From a virus (Duplodnaviria > Caudoviricetes), in IMG/VR virus record IMGVR_UViG_3300037467_002029, positions 18,212 through 82,211 of that record: a stretch of DNA of 64,000 nt; one strand, written 5' to 3'. Within the stretch, counting starts at the first letter, position 1, and each line of letters starts with the position of its first letter. The position numbers were made by a program, and so were the translations under genes. This document shows, in pieces, positions 56,535 through 64,000 of this stretch. A model generated the notes under the pieces. It was not told the DNA's origin, ran no database searches, and saw nothing but the letters and a program-made list of their open reading frames with translations.

Positions 56535-57230
56535 ATGGGTAATCCCGCTTCTGCTCTCGACAGCGTCATGGCCGAAGCTGAAGCAGCCGCTGCTGCGGTT
56601 GTTTCGGTTCCTGTGCCCCTCCCGGGCAACGCCACGGACCTCGTTCCGGCCACTCCTGCCAACACCAATCTTGCCCGTCCGACGATCGAGGACTTCCTCG
56701 ACGGCGGTGGAATGGACGTCGACACCTATCTCAAGGTGAACGCGGAAGGTTTCCGCATCGGTGACAAGATGCAGGGCCTGCTCGAGGAGGTGATTGCCGA
56801 GATCGATATGTCGGAGGTCACTCCGATCTATCAGTCGCGGCATGAGGCTGGTGGCAAGACCACCTTCCTCAAGACCTACGACGGCTCGACCACGCCGGAA
56901 GGCAAATCGTTCGACTCCGAGTTCCAGCGCCTGTCGCGGATCAACGTGAAGAACGACGGCCCCTTCCAGACGGCCGAAATCCCGCTGACGCTTATCGACG
57001 ATGTCGAAGATCCGAAGAAGTCCTCTTCGGTGAAGATCGACGCGGGCACTCGCGTCGGCCTGACGCCGTCGAAGACTGGCTTCCGCGCCTTCCAGGCGTT
57101 CGGCAAGTCACTTCGCCGCACCAATCCGGACGCTCTGAACGGTGTGCTGAAGGTCAAGCTGACCCACGAGAAGAAGACCAACACGGCCGGCAATGAGTGG
57201 GGCGTGCTCAACTTCGAGCTGGTCGACTGA
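56535..57230 (+). CDS. Hypothetical replication protein (possible ssDNA-binding/annealing)
   Basis: 231 aa between helicase and exonuclease; C-terminal NEWGVLNFE. Function is inference. Confidence 0.4.
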   Translation: MGNPASALDSVMAEAEAAAAAVVSVPVPLPGNATDLVPATPANTNLARPTIEDFLDGGGMDVDTYLKVNAEGFRIGDKMQGLLEEVIAEIDMSEVTPIYQSRHEAGGKTTFLKTYDGSTTPEGKSFDSEFQRLSRINVKNDGPFQTAEIPLTLIDDVEDPKKSSSVKIDAGTRVGLTPSKTGFRAFQAFGKSLRRTNPDALNGVLKVKLTHEKKTNTAGNEWGVLNFELVD

Positions 57231-57577
57231 TGCAGACGGCGGTCGTATCTCCCCTCCCCTCGACGGCCGCCTCTGAGAGGCGGGGGCCACCTGGCCCCCG
57301 CCTCATTTCCTTTGCCGAGCGGTGGTTCGATATCCCGTCAGGGTCGATCTCAAACCCAAAGCGCAAGGGCGGCAATATCTCCCGGGCTCGCTTCGCCGTC
57401 GCCCACGTCCTCAATAGCGAGTGCGGCTACAGCTACCCGCGCATCGCTGACCTTTTCAATCTGCAGGACCACGGCGGCGTTCTCCGTGGGGCCCGCAAAG
57501 CCGAACAGCTGCTTCGCAGCGACGAGATTTTCTTCAACGGCGTCAAGCTGTTGAAAGCGGAGATTGCACCGCAGTGA
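57230..57577 (+). CDS. DnaA domain IV (C-terminal HTH)-like protein
   Basis: RARFAVAHVL...SYPRIADLFNLQDHGGVLRGARKAEQL aligns with the DnaA signature ARQIAMYL...SLPEIG..F..RDHTTVLHA.RKI. Confidence 0.75.
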   Translation: MQTAVVSPLPSTAASERRGPPGPRLISFAERWFDIPSGSISNPKRKGGNISRARFAVAHVLNSECGYSYPRIADLFNLQDHGGVLRGARKAEQLLRSDEIFFNGVKLLKAEIAPQ

Positions 57578-58383
57578 TCCACCTCTACGACGGCAACAAC
57601 GTCATGCTGCGTGACCTGGACAAGGTCGGTGGCGAGCGGATCGGCCTGCGCCGCCGCTACGACATGAGCACCAACGGCATCCACATCTGGTGCTGGGACG
57701 GCCGCAACCACAATGAGCGGCGACGGATGCTCTATCCGGCGTACAAGATGAACCGTACCCCGATGGCCGAGGATCGCTTCGCGCAGATCGGTGTGTTCCG
57801 CGAGGCTCTCTCGCACTCGAGCTGCTATCAGGTTGAGTGCGATGGCTGGGAGGCCGACGACGTTATCGGAGCACTGGTACACCGGTTTGCGAGCCGGCAG
57901 GCTGGCGGTGACAGGTATGGCAAGTCTGCGCCGATCCCCGTCACCGTCCACACCAACGACCTCGATTACTGGCAGCTGATGCAGTACTCGAACGTGACGA
58001 TCGACGGCATCCGCCCGCAGGCGGTGCCGAATTGTGAGCCGCACCACATCCCCTTGTACAAGGCCCTCGTCGGCGATCCGTCCGACAACATCATCGGGGT
58101 GAAGGGCTTCGGAACGAAGTCTTGGAATGTCCTTTCGCCATCTGACCGCAAGAAGCTGCTTCGCGCGATCGAAGAGAACAGCCCCGAGCTGATCCATGAG
58201 CTGCCGCTACCGACGCGGCCTCGCAACCTTCTCCTCAATTCGGAGAGCCGAAAAGAGGCGCGCAATGCCCTCGCCGTTACTCGGTTCCTTCCTGTCCCCG
58301 AAGCCGAGCTCGATGCCGGCATGAAACAAGGCGTCCTCAATCGCGAGGCCGCGAACGCCCTCTTCAGGAGGTTCTTCCTCTGA
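57574..58383 (+). CDS. 5'-3' exonuclease / flap endonuclease
   Basis: YDGNN, YKMNR, EADDVIG, TNDLD and GDPSDNIIGVKGFG (H3TH). Confidence 0.88.
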   Translation: MIHLYDGNNVMLRDLDKVGGERIGLRRRYDMSTNGIHIWCWDGRNHNERRRMLYPAYKMNRTPMAEDRFAQIGVFREALSHSSCYQVECDGWEADDVIGALVHRFASRQAGGDRYGKSAPIPVTVHTNDLDYWQLMQYSNVTIDGIRPQAVPNCEPHHIPLYKALVGDPSDNIIGVKGFGTKSWNVLSPSDRKKLLRAIEENSPELIHELPLPTRPRNLLLNSESRKEARNALAVTRFLPVPEAELDAGMKQGVLNREAANALFRRFFL

Positions 58384-58607
58384 AAAATTACCACGAAATT
58401 ATCGACAAAGCCGTCCGTGAAGCCGCCGCAAGCGGTATGACTGTTGGGGACATAGTTCACCCGCTCGCGAACATGACTGCGACAATCCTCGCCAACGCCG
58501 TGGTCACGAACAAGCTCGACGCCGCTGAAGAGATCGAAGCCATTCTTACCATGACGGAGGAGCTCTATGAGCAGTACCTCGATGCATATCTCAAGCAGAC
58601 TGCTTGA
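58380..58607 (+). CDS. Hypothetical protein with CTG start
   Basis: AGGAGG 8 nt upstream of CTG; 75 open codons (MKNYHEIIDKAVREAAASG...YLKQTA). Confidence 0.5.
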   Translation: MKNYHEIIDKAVREAAASGMTVGDIVHPLANMTATILANAVVTNKLDAAEEIEAILTMTEELYEQYLDAYLKQTA

Positions 58608-61221
58608 CGCCCGTTCACCGGACGAACTGTTTCAACGAGCCGTTGAAGAGCTGTCCAACGCCTCAATTCTGGGACTGGACTGCGAGACCACCGACGAGGA
58701 GACAGCTCACCCCGGCATCCAGTCCTACCGCAATAAGAAGCGGTGGGTCTTCGATCATCGTCGCACGACGATGACCGGCTTCTCATTCTACGCCGATGGG
58801 AGCGATACCGCTTGGTACGTCAACCTGGCGCACGCCGACATCGAGAACCGGATGCCGCGACGCAAGGCGGATGTGCTGCTCGCCGCGATCCCTGAGAACT
58901 GCCTGATCCTCGCCCACAACGCGCCGTTCGAACTGGTCATGTTCGAGCAGTGCCTGGGGGTTATTTTACGAAATATTTTGTGCACCCTGCAGCTCGCGGT
59001 CACCCATCACGGGCCCGACGAGTATGACGCGCAGTTGTTCTTCGCCCAGCCACTCCAGCATCTGATCAAGCACCGCAAGGCGATCGAGCAGGCGTTCGCG
59101 AACTACGACCCCGAGACCCGCGGCCGGAGCCTCACGAGCGAGCAGCAGGAGCTGCTGTCGCTGTTCATCGGCAAGACCTCGACGGCGGCTCATTCGTACA
59201 ACGGTTTCGTTAGCGAGATCGCGTTCGGCTATAATTTGAAGAAGCTCGTCAAGAGCCTCTTCGGCTTCCAGATGACGACGTACGACGAAGTGCTGAAAGC
59301 TCACGGCGCCAAGCACATGGGCGAGCTCACCGGTGAGCAGGTGGCCAACTACGGCGCGGACGACGCCTACTGGGCCGTGCGCGTGTTCCACCATCTGAAG
59401 GATGATCTGCTTCGTACCAATCCGAAGGTGCTGCAGACGTTCCTGAGCCAGGAAAACCCGATGGTCCGGGTGTTCGCTGACAACTGGCGCGATGGGCTCC
59501 GGCTCAACCTTCAGGAGGTATTCGACCGGCGCGACATGGAGCGCGCGGCGATGGCCGACCTGCTCCGTCAGTTCAAGGCGCAGATCAGCGCCTACCTGCC
59601 GTTCCCGGAGGAACCCAGCGAGAAGCTGCTCGAGCGCCAGGGCAAGTGGTATAAGGATGGCAGCTGGCAGAAATATCGCAAGCGCATCACCGATTGGTGC
59701 GCGCTGCCCGACAGCGCCGACACGTTCGAGCAGGTTACGCAATGCTCGAACCCGATTGGCAATGCCTGGCGTGAAGAAAAGGGCCTGCCCGAAGTCAAGA
59801 ACCTGCTGAACCCGGTCTACTACATGGGCATGCGGATCATTCTGCACGACCTGATGGGCCTGCCCCTCGTCTACCTCGACGGCGAGATCTCGTCGGACAA
59901 GGAAGCGCGCGGCAAGATGCTGCTCAAGGCCGAGAAGGCCGGCGACGAGCAGGCGATGGAAGTGCTGAAGACCTACCAGCGGATTGCCGACGTCGAGCAG
60001 ACTGTAAAGCTATACTTGACACCCTACAGTCAGCTCATGGACCCCGAGACCAGCCGGGTGTACCCGTCGCTAAGCTCAATGCTGGCGACACGCCGCATGG
60101 CCTTCTCGTTCCCCAACGTCATGGCGCTCGCCAAATATTCGGACAGCAAATATGTCAGAGGCTTCTACCTTGCGGACAACGATGATCACGTCGTGGTGTC
60201 CGCAGACTGGTCGTCCGTTGAGCTCGTCATCATTGGTGACCTGTCAGGCGATCACGGATTTCGAGAGGTGTTCGGTCAGATACCGTATGGCGATCTCCAC
60301 ACCGGCGCCGCCGCGGATTGTCTCGCCGTCAAAACACTCCCCGGGCTGACCGAGGAGGAATACAGCCGTTTCAAGTTCGACGAGAACCCCAACGGCCGGC
60401 GGTTGCTGCACATCTTCACCGGCCAGGAGATGACCCCGAAGGACTTCTACAAGCTGACCCGCGGCACGCCGGTCGGCAAGGGCGCGAACTTCAACTATTG
60501 GTACTCGGGCTCGCTCTCGACAGTCGGCATGAATCTCGGATGGGCGCCTGACGAAATGTGGGAAGCGGTCGATCGCTATCGCAATCGCTTCCCGCTCGCC
60601 GAGGCCTGGCGAGTGAAAACTCAGCAGGAGCTGATGGAGTACGGCTTCATCGAGCTGCCGGATCATCATCGCCGCGTGCGCCTCGAGGCGACGCCGAGCT
60701 GGCACACCTGCATGATGCGGAAGTTCGCGGACATCTCCGCCTCGCCAGCGATGCTGGCTTACGCCGAGCTCGCGTTGAAGCGCATCAAGAGCCGTGCGCT
60801 CAATCAGGGTGTCAACGGGAAGGTGCAAGGCACCTGTGCCACGCTGGCCAAACGTTCAATCCTCCGCATGAAGGCGGAAATTGAACGGCGCGGCTGGGAC
60901 TCTCGCTTCATGTTCCCGGTGCACGACGAGACGGTCTGGTCGGTTCACCGTGATCTGGTGCCGGAGTTCATCACGACTCTGCGTTCGGTGAAGACCAATC
61001 ACCCCGACATCGTCACCAGTTTACCGCTGCACTGTACAGTCAGCGTAGGACGGACGTTCAAGCCATTTGATAAACTGAACCCGGCCTTCAGCCAGATCGA
61101 GCTCGACGAAGCTGAGCCGATCGACGGCGTCATCCCGCGCGAGCTGCAGGGCCAGGTTCTCCCCGACGACATCGTCAAACGGGTGATCGAGTTCGTCGCC
61201 GACGCTAAGGTGGCGGCATGA
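58567..61221 (+). CDS. polA: Family A DNA polymerase with 3'-5' exonuclease
   Basis: Exo motifs LDCET, AHNAPFE and YGADDA; pol motifs ADWSSVE, R....KGANF..WY and PVHDE. Confidence 0.92.
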   Translation: MSSTSMHISSRLLDARSPDELFQRAVEELSNASILGLDCETTDEETAHPGIQSYRNKKRWVFDHRRTTMTGFSFYADGSDTAWYVNLAHADIENRMPRRKADVLLAAIPENCLILAHNAPFELVMFEQCLGVILRNILCTLQLAVTHHGPDEYDAQLFFAQPLQHLIKHRKAIEQAFANYDPETRGRSLTSEQQELLSLFIGKTSTAAHSYNGFVSEIAFGYNLKKLVKSLFGFQMTTYDEVLKAHGAKHMGELTGEQVANYGADDAYWAVRVFHHLKDDLLRTNPKVLQTFLSQENPMVRVFADNWRDGLRLNLQEVFDRRDMERAAMADLLRQFKAQISAYLPFPEEPSEKLLERQGKWYKDGSWQKYRKRITDWCALPDSADTFEQVTQCSNPIGNAWREEKGLPEVKNLLNPVYYMGMRIILHDLMGLPLVYLDGEISSDKEARGKMLLKAEKAGDEQAMEVLKTYQRIADVEQTVKLYLTPYSQLMDPETSRVYPSLSSMLATRRMAFSFPNVMALAKYSDSKYVRGFYLADNDDHVVVSADWSSVELVIIGDLSGDHGFREVFGQIPYGDLHTGAAADCLAVKTLPGLTEEEYSRFKFDENPNGRRLLHIFTGQEMTPKDFYKLTRGTPVGKGANFNYWYSGSLSTVGMNLGWAPDEMWEAVDRYRNRFPLAEAWRVKTQQELMEYGFIELPDHHRRVRLEATPSWHTCMMRKFADISASPAMLAYAELALKRIKSRALNQGVNGKVQGTCATLAKRSILRMKAEIERRGWDSRFMFPVHDETVWSVHRDLVPEFITTLRSVKTNHPDIVTSLPLHCTVSVGRTFKPFDKLNPAFSQIELDEAEPIDGVIPRELQGQVLPDDIVKRVIEFVADAKVAA

Positions 61222-61224
61222 CGC

Positions 61225-61241
61225 GAGTGACCTAGTCACTC
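61225..61241. promoter_or_regulatory. 17-bp palindromic element
   Basis: GAGTGACCTAGTCACTC, just after the polA stop. Confidence 0.75.
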
Positions 61242-61297
61242 CGTCCTAAACCCGGGCGTCGCCGAGTCCCGCTTCGTACAGCGGTTCCTCAACAACC

Positions 61298-61531
61298 ATG
61301 AGGAACCATATGCCCAACGCCGCTGAAGAGCTCGGTTACCCCACCTGGCTCAATGCCTTTGCCGTCCTGATCTTTTGGGTGATCGGATTGATCATTGGGT
61401 ACGGCCTGATCGCATTCATTGCCTGGGATCCGGACCCATACAAATGGGGCACGTTTGTGCGACTGATCGCGGTCGTGACCGGTCTTATCTGGACCGGCCT
61501 CGTGATCGACGCGACCGGCGATGAGGAATGA
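61298..61531 (+). CDS. Small membrane protein (2 TM)
   Basis: Two hydrophobic helices. Confidence 0.55.
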   Translation: MRNHMPNAAEELGYPTWLNAFAVLIFWVIGLIIGYGLIAFIAWDPDPYKWGTFVRLIAVVTGLIWTGLVIDATGDEE

Positions 61532-61928
61532 CGGGACGGCCGCCGAGGAAGCTTTCGAAAAGCTGATCGGCGCGGACGTCCTCTACCGCTTCCCCGACAA
61601 GAAGGCGCTCACCGGATTGAACGGTGGGCGCCGGGTCGGCGACTTCCCGAAACCCAGCGACTACCTCGTCACCAAGAACATGCTGACGTTCTACGCCGAG
61701 GTGAAGTCGTGTCAGAGCGCAACCAGCTTCCCGTTCGCGGACATTCGCCCCTCGCAGAAAGCCATGGCCCTCAAGCAGGCGGCGGTCCGCGGGCGCTACG
61801 ACTTTTACATCTTCTCCTACGGTCTCGGGGCCTGGTTCCTCATGACCGAGAAAGTCTTCGCCGCCGCAGTCGCGGCCGGCGCCAAGTCCATCAAATTTCA
61901 GGAGCTACCCACTTGGACCACCCAGTAA
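61521..61928 (+). CDS. PD-(D/E)xK nuclease, RecU-like Holliday junction resolvase (putative)
   Basis: PSDY...YAEVKS motif. Confidence 0.7.
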   Translation: MRNDGTAAEEAFEKLIGADVLYRFPDKKALTGLNGGRRVGDFPKPSDYLVTKNMLTFYAEVKSCQSATSFPFADIRPSQKAMALKQAAVRGRYDFYIFSYGLGAWFLMTEKVFAAAVAAGAKSIKFQELPTWTTQ

Positions 61929-62356
61929 GCCGCGCCGAAGTCTACGCGGCGATCGACAGCGAGCGAGCCTATCAGGACTCGCTCTGGAACCCTGCCACGA
62001 CGCCGACAAACGGCGTGCATCACGTCGCCTCCTGGCTGACGTACATGCAGAGCTACCTGAGCGAGGCCATCGACCAGGTCAGCCGCGCAGCTGACCCTGG
62101 GGCTTCGCTCGCCGCGCTCAGCACCATCCGGAAGATCACCGGCATGGGCGTCGCTTGTATGGAGCAGCACGGCGCGCCGCTGCGCGGTAACGGCTTGGAG
62201 ATCGTCCTGACGCAGCCGTTCTACGACCTGCCGGTCGGCGCCGTGCTGAAGGTCGACGAGATCATTCCTCACGGAGGCCACACGGACGACGCCTGCCAAT
62301 ATCGTGTTGGCACGAGCTTCATCCGGTCGGGGATCGCACGGGAGACGCCGCGATGA
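61913..62356 (+). CDS. Hypothetical protein
   Basis: TTG 61913 after AGGAG; AEVYAAIDSERAYQD...ALSTIRKI. Confidence 0.55.
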   Translation: MDHPVSRAEVYAAIDSERAYQDSLWNPATTPTNGVHHVASWLTYMQSYLSEAIDQVSRAADPGASLAALSTIRKITGMGVACMEQHGAPLRGNGLEIVLTQPFYDLPVGAVLKVDEIIPHGGHTDDACQYRVGTSFIRSGIARETPR

Positions 62357-62961
62357 AGCTCGTCGATCTCCTCACCGCCCGCCTCTCCGACGCGCCGATG
62401 ACAGATGTGATGCTGGACATCGAGACCACTGGCACCGACCCCTACCACAACGCAATGGTCCAGCTCGCCGCGATCGAGTTCAACTATGAGACCGAGGAGA
62501 TCGGACGCACCTTCAACCGGTCGCTGCTGATCCCCAAGGGGCGGTACTGGGACGAGGACTGCCGCAACAACTTCTGGGCTCCCAAGTGGGATCTGTTCAC
62601 GAAGATCATGTCGACGGCACAGCCGGCGAACGAGGTCATGCAGGACTTCTTCGACTGGGCGAAGCTAGCCAATTGCAGCCAGCGGTTCTGGTCGCGCGGC
62701 AACTTTGATTACTGGTTCGTCCAAACCTACCTCGAGCGCATCGATCTTCCGATGCCGTACTCGGCGTTCACGACGCGCGATCTCCGCACCTTCCTGGCCG
62801 GTCTGTTCGGCAAGGCCGACGAGCCCAACATGAAGTGGCTGACGATGCCCGGCGACGCCCACAACGCGCTGTTCGACTGCGTCATCCAGCTGAAGCGTCT
62901 TTTCAGCGCCAAGAACGGCGTCTTCTACGAAATTCTCCCTCCTGAAGGACAAGCAGCATGA
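62353..62961 (+). CDS. DEDDh 3'-5' exonuclease
   Basis: MLDIETTG, WSRGNFD and HNALFDC motifs. Confidence 0.85.
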   Translation: MKLVDLLTARLSDAPMTDVMLDIETTGTDPYHNAMVQLAAIEFNYETEEIGRTFNRSLLIPKGRYWDEDCRNNFWAPKWDLFTKIMSTAQPANEVMQDFFDWAKLANCSQRFWSRGNFDYWFVQTYLERIDLPMPYSAFTTRDLRTFLAGLFGKADEPNMKWLTMPGDAHNALFDCVIQLKRLFSAKNGVFYEILPPEGQAA

Positions 62962-63352
62962 AGAAATTCTTCCTCGGCTTCGCCGCCTGTTATCTAATCG
63001 GTGTCGTCAGCTTTGCTGGTTCAGCATCGCGAGCGATGCCCTTTATCACCGTAGCCGGTGACATCTACTACGGCGCCCTTTGGCCGCTCGCGCCGCTCTC
63101 CGTCTGGCTTAACAAGGATCTCTACCCGATCCCAGCTTGGGCGATCCGCACTTGATCGCCGCTAATCTTGCCACCGGTTTGTTCTTTGGCTTGGTCAGCT
63201 GGAACGCGCATTTCACGCTCCGGCGCTTCAACCTTAGCCTAACCGATTTGCAATGGTGGAGCCTGTGGCTCTTCGGTCTGAGCGCCGGGTTGTTCGCTCT
63301 CGGCAGTTTCGCTGTCGCGGGCTTGCAGACGATTGGAGTCCCATCCCTATGA
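62958..63352 (+). CDS. Two small membrane proteins (62958-63155 and 63152-63352)
   Basis: Hydrophobic, coupled ORFs. Confidence 0.5.
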
Positions 63353-64000
63353 TGATTGAACTCCCCTGCTCCAGCCGCGTCTGGCACATCGGTGATCCCC
63401 ATCTCGGAAAGCGCTTCGAGAACGGCGTTCCACTCGACCGCCGCGGCGAGCGCGAGGCACGCCAGATGCGGAAGTTCAAGGACGAGCTCGAGACCGACGC
63501 CGATATCATCATCATGGTCGGCGATCTCTTCGACCACCCCCAAGTCGCCCTGTCGGTGATCCTCGAGGCGGTCGACGCCATTGAGCTCGCAGCACGGCGC
63601 CGGCCGAACGTTCAGTTCTTCATGATGGCCGGGAACCACGACCGCAGTCGCCAGCTGAACACGATCGGCGCCTGGAACATCTTTCGTCGGATCATCAGCG
63701 GTTCGCTCCCGAACGTGTTCGTGGTCGACACCGTCGGCCAGGTCGAGAACATCGCTTTCGTGCCGTGGGAGTGGGGCAAGCCCGTCGCCGCGGCGATCGA
63801 GGAGCGGTTCCCGAAGCCGAACGTCGAGATCGCCCACGTCGTGCTTCACCACGACCTCGAGGCCTTCGGTGGGAACACCGACTACATGGTTCCGGCTGCG
63901 GAACTGATGAAGAAGTTCCCCAACTGCCAGAAAATAGTGACTGGTCACTGGCACTTAGAGGGCGATTACGTCGTCGACGGCATTGACGTTTCATGCACCG
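63349..64000 (+). CDS. Mre11/SbcD-like metallophosphoesterase nuclease (runs off window edge)
   Basis: Not in ORF track. Manual translation from ATG 63349 gives HIGDPHLG, VGDLFD and AGNHD. Confidence 0.85.
   Translation, partial: MMIELPCSSRVWHIGDPHLGKRFENGVPLDRRGEREARQMRKFKDELETDADIIIMVGDLFDHPQVALSVILEAVDAIELAARRRPNVQFFMMAGNHDRSRQLNTIGAWNIFRRIISGSLPNVFVVDTVGQVENIAFVPWEWGKPVAAAIEERFPKPNVEIAHVVLHHDLEAFGGNTDYMVPAAELMKKFPNCQKIVTGHWHLEGDYVVDGIDVSCT

Noticed and set aside
52297-61221. 2-aminoadenine (Z-genome) cluster suggested by HD + MazG + PolA
   Set aside because: No PurZ/adenylosuccinate-synthetase homolog is in the window, and these enzymes are common in ordinary phages.
63936-63949. AGTGAC-TG-GTCACT as a further copy of the element
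   Set aside because: The spacer is 2 nt and the site lies inside the nuclease CDS (IVTGHW), so it is probably coincidental.
1-64000. Prophage/lysogeny module, introns, inteins, homing endonucleases, lysis cassette
   Set aside because: No integrase or host genes are recognised. terL, nrdJ and polA are uninterrupted. No endolysin is recognised, so lysis genes may lie outside the window.

Overview
The window is a 64-kb piece of a GC-rich tailed dsDNA phage genome. It looks like a siphovirus, probably lytic, and probably infects an alphaproteobacterium (inference). There is no integrase, tRNA or CRISPR array. 1-27100 is a late morphogenesis arm, mostly on the minus strand: lambda I/K/L/M-like tail tip genes, tail tube, tape measure, tail chaperones with a -1 slippery site, capsid, protease, portal and a GpA-type terminase. 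An unusual 8.5-kb island sits between protease and portal. It holds fibre-like genes, a cadherin/SPRY protein, a secreted DUF1996 protein and an FkbM methyltransferase. 27230-64000 is on the plus strand: primase-helicase, a putative genome-entry/origin region (30.5-32.5 kb), about 30 small early ORFs (including a stand-alone WYL domain), rIIA/rIIB, ATP-dependent ligase, NrdJ, HD and MazG hydrolases, SF2 helicase, a DnaA-domain-IV-like protein, 5'-3' exonuclease, PolA, resolvase, DEDD exonuclease and an Mre11/SbcD-like nuclease. The strongest unexplained signals are non-coding: (1) a 17-bp pseudo-palindrome (core TGAC-N3-GTCA) at 16 gene boundaries, whose polarity flips at an iteron-like, AT-rich locus near 32.4 kb; (2) a ~170-nt highly base-paired candidate ncRNA at 48418-48586; (3) a 941-bp GATC-free stretch with repeated GGGAAATTTCCC palindromes; (4) a 14-nt match to the 16S rRNA 3' end upstream of the tape measure gene. 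All family calls are from motif recognition by eye; no searches were run.
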